64,000 nt of DNA from an uncultured Prevotellaceae bacterium (GCA_947306175.1 CAMZFV010000003.1:51869-115868); one strand, 5' to 3'. Positions 37,850 through 46,423 are shown, counted from the stretch's first letter. Numbers and translations are program-made. The notes: a model not told the origin generated them from the sequence alone.

Positions 37850-39295
37850 TCAGAACTGGAAATAAATGAAATTCTGCCCTGTCCCTGCAAAGATGTAGAG
37901 AAGCAGAATCATCAGGTAATACACGCCCCAGCGCACGGCCCGATAATTGAACGGCTTAGTGCTTGGGAATTGCAGCGCATGTTGCTTGTCGCGCTGTAGC
38001 CACTCGATGGCTAGCACCGCAAAGCACGACAGCAGATAGGTCCCTCCCGTGAACGCAGAACTGTTGTAGAAATCATTCGTCACCATCGCTTTCAGGAAAG
38101 AGGTGGCCTGCTGCATAGACTCGGCACGGAAGATGATCCACCCGATGACCACAAAGAAGAAGGTCAGCAGTATCTGCAACAATTCCTTGACGCTGGGCAG
38201 GTAACGTCCCCATGCCACGTCATGCTGTTGTTTGCCCTTGACGCCAAGCAGATTGTAAATAAACAGCAACGTACCGTGGTACAGACCCCAGCAGATAAAT
38301 GTCCAGTTTGCCCCATGCCACAAGCCGCTGATGGCCCACACGATGTACACGTTGCGGATGGCTTTCGGCTTGCTGCAGCGGCTGCCGCCCAGCGGGAAAT
38401 AGATGTAGTCGCGGAACCACGTCATCAGCGAGATGTGCCAACGGCGCCAGAACTCGGGGATGCTCCTTGAGAAATAAGGAAAATTGAAGTTCCTCATCAA
38501 GTTGAAGCCGAACAGTCGCGCACAGCCGATGGCGATGTCGGAATAACCCGAGAAATCACAGTATATCTGGAATGTGAACAACACGCCCAGCAGGAATAGC
38601 GACAATCCCGGCAGGTCCTGAAAATGGTTCCATCGTTCTTCGATCAACAAGGCACAGTTGTCGGCAATCACCAGTTTCTTCACAAAGCCCCACAGCATCT
38701 GACGCATACCGTCAACAGCCTGTCCATAGTCAAAACGGCGTTTCCGTTGGAACTGGGGCAGCAGATTGGTCGCCCGCTCGATAGGACCCGCCACGAGCTG
38801 GGGGAAGAAACTGATGTAGGCAAACAGCTCCACGATATCGTGGGTGGCCCGCACCTTCCGCTGGTACACGTCTATCGAATAGCTGAGCGCCTGGAAAGTA
38901 TAGAAACTGATGCCCACGGGCAGGACGATGTTCGAGGTCACCCAGTCCATCTGATAGCCGAATAACGACATCAGCAGTGTGCCCAAGTTATCGACAAAGA
39001 AGTTGTAATACTTGAAAATGAACAGAACGGCCAGGTTTGACACGATGTTGGCCGCACTGACGGCTCGCTGTGCCCTGCGGTTGCCGTCAAACCTTTCGAT
39101 CAACAGGCCGCTGCCATAGCTCATCAGCGAGGTGAATGCAATCAGCAACAGGAAACGCCAGTCCCACCAGCCATAGAAAACATAGCTGGCTGCCACAATC
39201 AGCAGATTTTGCCACTTTGCCCTGCGGAAGACAAACCAGTAGAGCAGGAACACCAAGGGACAAAATACCAGGAACTCTAAAGAATTAAACAGCAT
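37850..39295 (-). CDS. MBOAT family O-acyltransferase (AlgI/DltB/PatA-like)
   Basis: LPVGISFYTFQ, FFPQLVAGPIER, DFSGYSDIAIG, FWRRWHISL, GLWHGA, FIYFQF. Confidence 0.93.
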   Translation of the reverse strand: MLFNSLEFLVFCPLVFLLYWFVFRRAKWQNLLIVAASYVFYGWWDWRFLLLIAFTSLMSYGSGLLIERFDGNRRAQRAVSAANIVSNLAVLFIFKYYNFFVDNLGTLLMSLFGYQMDWVTSNIVLPVGISFYTFQALSYSIDVYQRKVRATHDIVELFAYISFFPQLVAGPIERATNLLPQFQRKRRFDYGQAVDGMRQMLWGFVKKLVIADNCALLIEERWNHFQDLPGLSLFLLGVLFTFQIYCDFSGYSDIAIGCARLFGFNLMRNFNFPYFSRSIPEFWRRWHISLMTWFRDYIYFPLGGSRCSKPKAIRNVYIVWAISGLWHGANWTFICWGLYHGTLLFIYNLLGVKGKQQHDVAWGRYLPSVKELLQILLTFFFVVIGWIIFRAESMQQATSFLKAMVTNDFYNSSAFTGGTYLLSCFAVLAIEWLQRDKQHALQFPSTKPFNYRAVRWGVYYLMILLLYIFAGTGQNFIYFQF

Positions 39296-39422
39296 CTGTC
39301 GGTCGCGTTCTTAACTTTCTCGGAACATTTATCAGCCGCAAATTTACATTTTTCTACCCGAACAATCACACAATTTGCCAGATTTCTCGACTAACCACCC
39401 CCCCAGTCAGCCCTCATGTTGT

Positions 39423-40059
39423 AGTAGTGCGAGCCACAGGCTCGTATCTACCACCGCCCGGTCCCCCGTGTCGAGGCTCCGCCTCGGCATTTTTCCAACA
39501 ACCGTGTTGTCCCGTATTGCGAGTTGCCAACTCGCACCCTCTATAGCATCTATCCCGCAGCTCTGTTTTTTGACATGGACATGCCTCTCCCCGTTCTGTA
39601 CCTTTGCTGCAATATTAACCATTTAAAAACAACTATTATGCATTACAACAGACAACCCATTGCACCGTGGATTGAGGAAGACCCCTGGTCGCACCTCTGC
39701 CTCAACATCGAGAACGACTCCCTGCAAGAGAGCAGGCCGCACCCCATCGTTAACATCGCCGGATCAACCATTCTGCACCAGCACGAAATCACCTTCGCAA
39801 CGGGGACTTCCCACTGCAGGGCACACGCCTTCGCCAAGATGCTGGCCGCAGCCGTCATCGACGGCAAGTACCAGCCCATGCCATCGCTCAAGGTCGCCAG
39901 ACCCGAGGGACAGGAACAGGACTCCACGGGCAGAGTCCTATGGATAGACTCCGTCCATTCATTCTATACCTGCTGCGGCATCATCGAGGACATCAGGCAC
40001 TCAGTCACCACGCCCCTCAACAACAGCAATTTCAAGTTTATCTGCCTCGACGACCTCGG
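39423..40059 (+). repeat. Long direct repeat, left copy (partner 43847-44501)
   Basis: REP mosaic + promoter + 5' part of gene; overlapping ORF-track translations are identical between the copies. Confidence 0.95.
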
Positions 40060-40066
40060 CATGTAG
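39638..40066 (+). pseudogene. 3'-truncated copy of the 44080-45330 gene
   Basis: Identical to the intact copy up to ...CLDDLG, then stops at the TAG of an abutting GTAG REP. Confidence 0.88.
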
Positions 40067-40430
40067 AGACACAAAATCTTGCGTCTTCAAATATGCAGTA
40101 GCCCATCCCACGACAGGGTCAGTGTTAGCAGCGATTTTTATCGCTGATTCCACTGACAGGGTCTTTCTATGCCGCGACTCCCGTCGCGGCCCCTCCAGTA
40201 ATTCCAGTAATTCCCGTAATTCCCGTCTCTCCAGCGACCCCGTGCTTTGTCCTGCCACAGGCTCGTATCTACCACCGCCACCCCGGTCCCCCATGTCGAG
40301 GCTCCGCCTCGGCATTTTTCAATAGCCGTGTTGTCCTGTATTGCGAGTTGCCAACTCGCACCCTCTATAGCATCTATCCCTACTATCAATACTATAAAAC
40401 AGAAGACAATAAATACTATAGCATCCGCCA
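40063..40430. repeat. Dense mosaic of REP-like hairpins and 9-mer tracts, including a third copy of the 39423 mosaic (40254-40380)
   Basis: gtagagacacaaaatcttgcgtct; gtcagtg..cagcgat/atcgctg..cactgac; gccgcgac/gtcgcggc; (ccagtaatt)n; gtcgaggc/gcctcggc; tgcgagtt/aactcgca. Confidence 0.8.
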
Positions 40431-40465
40431 TCTAGCTCTATTTATCTTACCGACGGAAAGAAGAA

Positions 40466-41341
40466 TCAAAAGGGTAAATCATTCATAGTATTGTTCTCAC
40501 AAACAAGTCCAGCCTTTTCAGTTTCCTCACTCAACTTGATGTCCTTTATCTTATTACGATAGGCATGACGCAGGCGATAATCTTCCAAATCTAATCGACG
40601 TTTTTTACTCAGTTCAACATACTCTAATTCCCGTTCAATACCCAAAAAACGTCTATTAATCAAATTGGCCGCGATACCTGTAGTAGAGGAACCCGCAAAT
40701 GGGTCAAGAATCCAAGCCCCTGGATTTGTGGAGGCCAGAATAATGCGTGTCATGAGTGCAAGGGGTTTCTGTGTAGGATGCTTACCATTTGATTTCTCCC
40801 ACGGAGCAATTGCAGGCAAGCGCCACACATCGGTCATTTGTTTGCCACCGTTAAGGCGTTTCATCGTCTCATAATTATAATGATGAGGTCGTTTCGCCCA
40901 CTTGCGTGCCCAAATGATAAATTCTGTGCTATAAGTGAAGTATCTACATGATACATTGGGCGGTGGATTTGTTTTTGCCCATGTGATGACATTGAGAATC
41001 TTGAAACCAAGGTCAGTCAGGCTATTGGCAACAGCGAAAATGTTATGATAGGTGCCACTTATCCATATCGTACCGTTATCCTTTAGTTTCTCGCGACATA
41101 GCGCTATCCAATCATGGTTGAATTCCCTAATTCTCTCGGGTGTGCCTCCTTTGTCCCACTCTCCTTTGTTCACACTCACGATTTTCCCTGCCTGATAACT
41201 AATGCCGTCATTAGACAGAAAATACGGTGGGTCCGCAAAAATCATATCAAACTTGAATTCAAACTGCGGCAACAATTCAAAACAATCACCATGTAGTAGA
41301 TTGAAGTCATGAGAAGGGGATTTATAATAAGGTTTAATCAT
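40466..41341 (-). CDS. Beta-class adenine DNA methyltransferase, DpnA-like
   Basis: IFADPPY, SVNKGEWD, GKQMTDVW, KHPTQKP, LDPFAGSSTTG (motif IV before motif I). Confidence 0.9.
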   Translation of the reverse strand: MIKPYYKSPSHDFNLLHGDCFELLPQFEFKFDMIFADPPYFLSNDGISYQAGKIVSVNKGEWDKGGTPERIREFNHDWIALCREKLKDNGTIWISGTYHNIFAVANSLTDLGFKILNVITWAKTNPPPNVSCRYFTYSTEFIIWARKWAKRPHHYNYETMKRLNGGKQMTDVWRLPAIAPWEKSNGKHPTQKPLALMTRIILASTNPGAWILDPFAGSSTTGIAANLINRRFLGIERELEYVELSKKRRLDLEDYRLRHAYRNKIKDIKLSEETEKAGLVCENNTMNDLPF

Positions 41342-41344
41342 CGC

Positions 41345-42166
41345 CTACTTCTTCAGTAACTTAATAAAGTCTGTAATAGTAGTAAGGTTATATACACTTG
41401 GTATTTCCCTATATGCCTCCTCAAGTTTGTTGCGTGCCGACTTCCAACCAATACCATCAGTTATCCACACAAATTCAAAGCCTGGCACCGCATTAACCCG
41501 TGGAGCTAATTCAGTATAAGACCGTGCGGTTTCATTCAATTTGCTCCCTCCACCGCTATAGAAATTCACTTCTATAAGATACTTCTTCGTAGTGGTATTT
41601 ATATAGAAATCAAAACGTTTCTCATCAGTTCCAAGTACTGACAGTTCAGGGAATTCCGATGAATAGACCTCTTGTCTAAAGGATATACCATTGTCCTTAA
41701 AAATGCTCGCTACTGTATTTTCCATAATGTGCCCGCTGCGGTTTTTGCGCGCATTAGTGTCAAGGCCAGTTTCAATACCGAAAACATAGTCCACAAGATT
41801 CTTTATGCGACGTGAACTAAATACATCGGCTAGACTAGTTTCAACAAGGAATTCAACCACTTTTTTTGCTGATGTGAAATAGCTTTTCAACATGACTACA
41901 TTTCCTTGGCTATCAACAACGGGCTTGTTGCCTTCTTCTCTCACAGCAATCAAGATGCCCATGACTTCAAAAACTTTGGGGTCACGCTCCCAAATTTCAG
42001 CTACGGCCTTTGACAAGTCTTCTTTACCAATGAGATAATTTAATGTATTTAGACTCATCTCAACTTGTGCTACATTCGCTGAGATCTTATCGAAATCACA
42101 GAAGAAATCCAGTGTCTGGTTGGTCTTCTGTAGTTGAGACATAAATAAGTTGAAATCTTTATTCAT
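41345..42166 (-). CDS. Type II restriction endonuclease, DpnII/MboI family (GATC)
   Basis: DYVFGIETGLDTNARKNRSG, KRFDF, IEVNFY..GGSK.NE.ARSY, FVWITDG.GW. Confidence 0.92.
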   Translation of the reverse strand: MNKDFNLFMSQLQKTNQTLDFFCDFDKISANVAQVEMSLNTLNYLIGKEDLSKAVAEIWERDPKVFEVMGILIAVREEGNKPVVDSQGNVVMLKSYFTSAKKVVEFLVETSLADVFSSRRIKNLVDYVFGIETGLDTNARKNRSGHIMENTVASIFKDNGISFRQEVYSSEFPELSVLGTDEKRFDFYINTTTKKYLIEVNFYSGGGSKLNETARSYTELAPRVNAVPGFEFVWITDGIGWKSARNKLEEAYREIPSVYNLTTITDFIKLLKK

Positions 42167-43061
42167 AGTTCTTGATGAGTAGTTCTGTTAGTTTTCCTCG
42201 TTTACTTGGATTAGCATTTATGGCTCGGGATGCCTGTACCCTGCTGATATTGAAATCACAATAGATTTCCTCAAAGAAAGTGTCCTTGGGATTCTTGGCC
42301 GAGCAATCAGAATTACTAAGCATCCATTTAACATTGGCGTGCTTACTTAACATCGTACAAAAATCACGAAGCCTGATTTGCTCGCTATCATCAAAGTCTT
42401 CTTTGACATAGGAGTTGAAGCTTGAGGTAGCGTTGAGCGGACGATAAGGAGGGTCAAAATAGAAGAAATTAAGGCCATCATCAAGGTGATTTAGTGTCTG
42501 TTTATAGTCACCATTCAGTATCACCACTTCAACTTGATTCAGTAATTGGCTATCGGCCTTGAGCAATTCAGTATTGCATATAGTTGGATGCAAGTACCGA
42601 CCGAAAGGTACATTAAACTTCCCTTTAGCATTCACTCGGTAAAGGCCGTTAAAACATGTGCGGTTAAGGAAAATCAAGTATTTAGTACGGTCTATATCGT
42701 CCAGCTCATTCTCATTAAATATAGTTCTAGTTGTCAGAAAGAATGATTTCTTGGCTTCATCATCATCCAATGCAAAATACTGTTTCTCTAGTTTGGTCAG
42801 TCGTTCAATTAGTTCATTGGATGATTCTTTAATGACACGATAAGCAGTAATTAAATAGGAATTGATATCATTGATGATGGCTCTCTTGATATTGGGAAAT
42901 CGTTGGAGCATGTGGAATAACATCGCCCCACCACCCACAAATGGCTCAATGTAAGTGAAATCTTGTTTTTTAAGGTCCTCAGGCAGATGGTGTTCAAGTT
43001 GTGACAATAGTTGCCCTTTACCTCCAGCCCATTTAAGGAATGGTTTCGCCTCTGTGTTCAT
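42159..43061 (-). CDS. Dam/DpnM-like alpha-class adenine methyltransferase (GATC)
   Basis: KWAGGK, EPFVGGGA, LNRTCFNGLYRVN..G.FNVPFG, YFDPPY, LSNS; start set to MNTEAKPF. Confidence 0.93.
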   Translation of the reverse strand: MNTEAKPFLKWAGGKGQLLSQLEHHLPEDLKKQDFTYIEPFVGGGAMLFHMLQRFPNIKRAIINDINSYLITAYRVIKESSNELIERLTKLEKQYFALDDDEAKKSFFLTTRTIFNENELDDIDRTKYLIFLNRTCFNGLYRVNAKGKFNVPFGRYLHPTICNTELLKADSQLLNQVEVVILNGDYKQTLNHLDDGLNFFYFDPPYRPLNATSSFNSYVKEDFDDSEQIRLRDFCTMLSKHANVKWMLSNSDCSAKNPKDTFFEEIYCDFNISRVQASRAINANPSKRGKLTELLIKNYE

Positions 43062-43369
43062 CGTCGTTTTGTCCTTTTGCCGTGGGCAAAAAGAAAGCGC
43101 ACCGCCTTCGCATTCCATCCCCTAACGAAGGCTGTCCGCCACAGATGCCTTTACACAGAGATGAAAGGAAGGGGTACGCCTATACAGGATAGGCGTATCC
43201 GCATTCCTTGAGACTCTGTGTAACAATAATTAGTTTTGGCGGACTATTTTCGTTAAAAGTCTCTTCGAATTTAGATACTGCTATCTAATTATCCACGATG
43301 TCAATTGCGCTTACGACGATTCATCATTAGCGAATGCAAAGTTAAGGAATTATTCTCGTAAACAACAAA
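43062..43369 (-). promoter_or_regulatory. Promoter and ~270-nt structured leader of the R-M operon
   Basis: TTTG-N21-TAACTTTG (43369-43337); five nested stems spanning 43123-43255 plus two flanking hairpins. Confidence 0.7.
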
Positions 43370-43380
43370 CCTTATTGTGA

Positions 43381-43551
43381 TTAATCGTCTTTCACGCTGA
43401 TTTCTGTTAGCACATAATCAGAAGCATCCAACACGATATCACAATTTTGATACATCGCTTTAATTGTTGTGATAGCACTTTCTTCATCATTAGCATCTAT
43501 CTCGACAATACGGCTCAGTAACTCTGTAACCTCTATGCGGTACTTCTTCAT
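43381..43551 (-). CDS. DpnD/PcfM-like small protein
   Basis: 56 aa MKKYRIEVTELLSRIVEIDA..EESAI.....Y...DIVLDASDY, the pattern of this family. Confidence 0.78.
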   Translation of the reverse strand: MKKYRIEVTELLSRIVEIDANDEESAITTIKAMYQNCDIVLDASDYVLTEISVKDD

Positions 43552-43846
43552 ATAGTATGCAAAGTAACAGAAAACGCATGAGAAAAACAGGATTAGATCA
43601 TTTCTTAACAAACATGATCAAAAATGATCAATTTGAATAACATGGTTATATTTGCCCCGGTCACCCCTCAGAACATTCAGACAATTCAGTTGTTTTAAAA
43701 AGAATCGCGTCAATCCTTCGCTCAATTCGTGTAATTCTCAGGCAATAAAATCTTCACCCATTAACGCTCAATGTATACCATCCCCCAATCCCTATAGCAT
43801 CTATACCTACTATCAATACTATAAAATCTTCCAGCAATGCTGTTCA

Positions 43847-44501
43847 AGTAGTGCGAGCCACAGGCTCGTATCTACCACCGCCCGGTCCCCCGTGTCAAGG
43901 CTCCGCCTCGGCATTTTTCCAACAACCGTGTTGTCCCGTATTGCGAGTTGCCAACTCGCACCCTCTATAGCATCTATAACATCTATCCCATCTATCCCGC
44001 AGTTCTGCTTTTTGACATTGACAAGCCTCTCCCAGCTCTGTACCTTTGCTGCTATATTAACCATTTAAAAACAACTATTATGCATTACAACAGACAACCC
44101 ATTGCACCGTGGATTGAGGAAGACCCCTGGTCGCACCTCTGCCTCAACATCGAGAACGACTCCCTGCAAGAGAGCAGGCCGCACCCCATCGTTAACATCG
44201 CCGGATCAACCATTCTGCACCAGCACGAAATCACCTTCGCAACGGGGACTTCCCACTGCAGGGCACACGCCTTCGCCAAGATGCTGGCCGCAGCCGTCAT
44301 CGACGGCAAGTACCAGCCCATGCCATCGCTCAAGGTCGCCAGACCCGAGGGACAGGAACAGGACTCCACGGGCAGAGTCCTATGGATAGACTCCGTCCAT
44401 TCATTCTATACCTGCTGCGGCATCATCGAGGACATCAGGCACTCAGTCACCACGCCCCTCAACAACAGCAATTTCAAGTTTATCTGCCTCGACGACCTCG
44501 G
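43847..44501 (+). repeat. Long direct repeat, right copy
   Basis: Matches 39423-40059 with an 18-bp extra 9-mer tract and several substitutions confined to the non-coding part. Confidence 0.95.
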
Positions 44502-45330
44502 GGCATTCAATGAACGTGAAATTTATGTGCATCAGCACATATTCAAAGCAATAGAAGACTTCCAGCCCACGGTCATCATTTTCGATGACCTCGATCACCT
44601 CACACCCGAGTGCGGCATGATTCACGCCGACAATTTCTATCTCATGCTCAGGGAATACCTCGATTTTCATCAGGCAGCGGTGCTTTGCGTCGCCTATAAC
44701 CTGCTCGGCAGAGCGAAAGGCACAGCAGGTTATATCGGAAGAAGGATTTTCCCCGTCGCAAACAGCGTCTTCCGCATCTCCAACCGCGGAACAACCGCTG
44801 TCGTCCAACGCGTCAAGGGGATTGCTTGCGATGACCAGTTCGAGTGCGCTTTCAATATCAACGACAACAACATGCCGCAGGAAGTCATTCTCGAACCCGA
44901 GACCGCAACGCTCGCCCAACGGTTTGTCGAGGCAAATGCCGTGCAGGACATTTTCACCGCCGTCATCCCGCAAAACCAGTCGCTCACGCCCGACCAACTG
45001 GTCGAAAAACTCAACAAGCGTCAGGAGCAGATGAACCGCGTCAGCCGCAATAGGCAACTCATCGCCAGCGCCCTCGCCCAACGGGTCATCCAACGGGAGC
45101 CCAACGGCAACTATTCCGTCAACCCCGACATTTCCAAATCACCTTCAGCCACCGCTAACCGCTTCGACTCAGACCTCATCAAGAACTACGTCGATAAACT
45201 GCAGAAAGCCAACGCTATACCCTACATTCCCAAGCAAAAATCCATCAGCGTGTTAACATATTTTAACCGCCCCGCACACCCCTTACACAAAACCACACCC
45301 ACCCCAGCCAACTTGGCTAAATTGGCGTGA
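44080..45330 (+). CDS. Hypothetical protein, degenerate RecA/AAA_25-like P-loop fold
   Basis: TACCTTTG promoter at 44041; VLWIDS, VIIFDDLDHL, GTAGYIG resemble AAA_25/RepA motifs but no GxxxxGK(T/S). Confidence 0.65.
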   Translation: MHYNRQPIAPWIEEDPWSHLCLNIENDSLQESRPHPIVNIAGSTILHQHEITFATGTSHCRAHAFAKMLAAAVIDGKYQPMPSLKVARPEGQEQDSTGRVLWIDSVHSFYTCCGIIEDIRHSVTTPLNNSNFKFICLDDLGAFNEREIYVHQHIFKAIEDFQPTVIIFDDLDHLTPECGMIHADNFYLMLREYLDFHQAAVLCVAYNLLGRAKGTAGYIGRRIFPVANSVFRISNRGTTAVVQRVKGIACDDQFECAFNINDNNMPQEVILEPETATLAQRFVEANAVQDIFTAVIPQNQSLTPDQLVEKLNKRQEQMNRVSRNRQLIASALAQRVIQREPNGNYSVNPDISKSPSATANRFDSDLIKNYVDKLQKANAIPYIPKQKSISVLTYFNRPAHPLHKTTPTPANLAKLA

Positions 45331-45436
45331 TGTGTAGTTAATTACTTTTTCTTGGGGGTGTTTTTGTGGATTGGGTTTAATGTTGTATCTTTGTTGGGAT
45401 TACTGAGATACCAGTTACTCAAATGAATCATTGATA

Positions 45437-46072
45437 ATGAAGAAGATATTTATATACCTGATTATGGCGTTGATGTCGCTGACGACTGGCTGTCAACGGC
45501 GGTCACCTGAGGAGGTCGCTCAGATAATAGGCAGTGCAAAGATCAATTCGCTCGAGAAGGATGTTGAGTCACGCGTTCAGAAGATGACAAAGAACATGCT
45601 CATACACCCCGAGAGCTATGAGCCTATCAGTACCGAGATGTCTGTTGTGACCAGTAACATGCTTCTCTACGATTCTCAGGCGTTTGTCGCCTTGCGTGAT
45701 CTGAACCGAGCCTTAGAAGACTTTCAGGAGGAGTATGGCGATGACACGACCTCTCAGGCGGTTCGCAATGAGCTGGACGTCATTCAAGCCATGGCGGGTG
45801 TCGTGTATGACAGAATTGTTGCTGTCACCAAACGCCCAGTCAAGTTTGAGGCTATTGACGCCTACCATCAGTTCTATGTCAATGACAATCATGATAACAA
45901 GGTCAAGAAGGGATATCACTTTGTTATCCACAAGAACAACAAGATAACTCTGCTGTGTGATCATGATGAACTCTTGCGTGTGGAAGCATTCGCCAAGCGA
46001 TTGTTTGATTACCCGCCTTATCGCACTGACGGGAATTCAATTGAGCATTGGCTCATGTCGCCCGATGAGTGA
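45437..46072 (+). CDS. Hypothetical lipoprotein
   Basis: MKKIF-hydrophobic-TTGC lipobox; P.SYEP motif. Confidence 0.75.
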   Translation: MKKIFIYLIMALMSLTTGCQRRSPEEVAQIIGSAKINSLEKDVESRVQKMTKNMLIHPESYEPISTEMSVVTSNMLLYDSQAFVALRDLNRALEDFQEEYGDDTTSQAVRNELDVIQAMAGVVYDRIVAVTKRPVKFEAIDAYHQFYVNDNHDNKVKKGYHFVIHKNNKITLLCDHDELLRVEAFAKRLFDYPPYRTDGNSIEHWLMSPDE

Positions 46073-46174
46073 AATTTCTTTGGGTTTTATTTTGTGATTT
46101 GGGTGAAATGTTGTATCTTTGTAGAACTTCCAATAATCCGCATTTTTCAATCAACATAATACTGCGAATTGCTT

Positions 46175-46423
46175 ATGTCGAGGACCATCACATTCAATGA
46201 ATTGAGGCGGATCAAGAATCGTCTGCCCGAAGGCTCTATTCACACTATCGCCGACAAACTCAACCTGCCGGTTCAGTCGGTGCGCAACTACTTTGGCGGG
46301 TCCAATTATGAGTTCGGGACCAATATGGGTTTCCATCTGGAACCTGGCCCCGATGGCGGTCTTGTCGTGCTTGACGACCCTAAGATACTGGATATGGCTC
46401 TGGAGATTTTAGAGAACAGTTAA
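46175..46423 (+). CDS. Conserved Bacteroidales small DNA-binding protein
   Basis: TITFNELRRIK..LP.GS...IA..L....VRNYFGG, EPGPDGG; upstream of the usp gene. Confidence 0.8.
   Translation: MSRTITFNELRRIKNRLPEGSIHTIADKLNLPVQSVRNYFGGSNYEFGTNMGFHLEPGPDGGLVVLDDPKILDMALEILENS

Noticed and set aside
40001..40435. Small ORFs in the repeat mosaic (40001-40315, 40122-40325, 40138-40431, 40247-40435)
   Set aside because: Translations of REP hairpins and 9-mer tracts, repeated wherever the mosaic recurs; no coding evidence
39638..44501. DGR template/variable repeat pair
   Set aside because: Coding copies appear identical with no adenine-specific differences, and no reverse transcriptase is present
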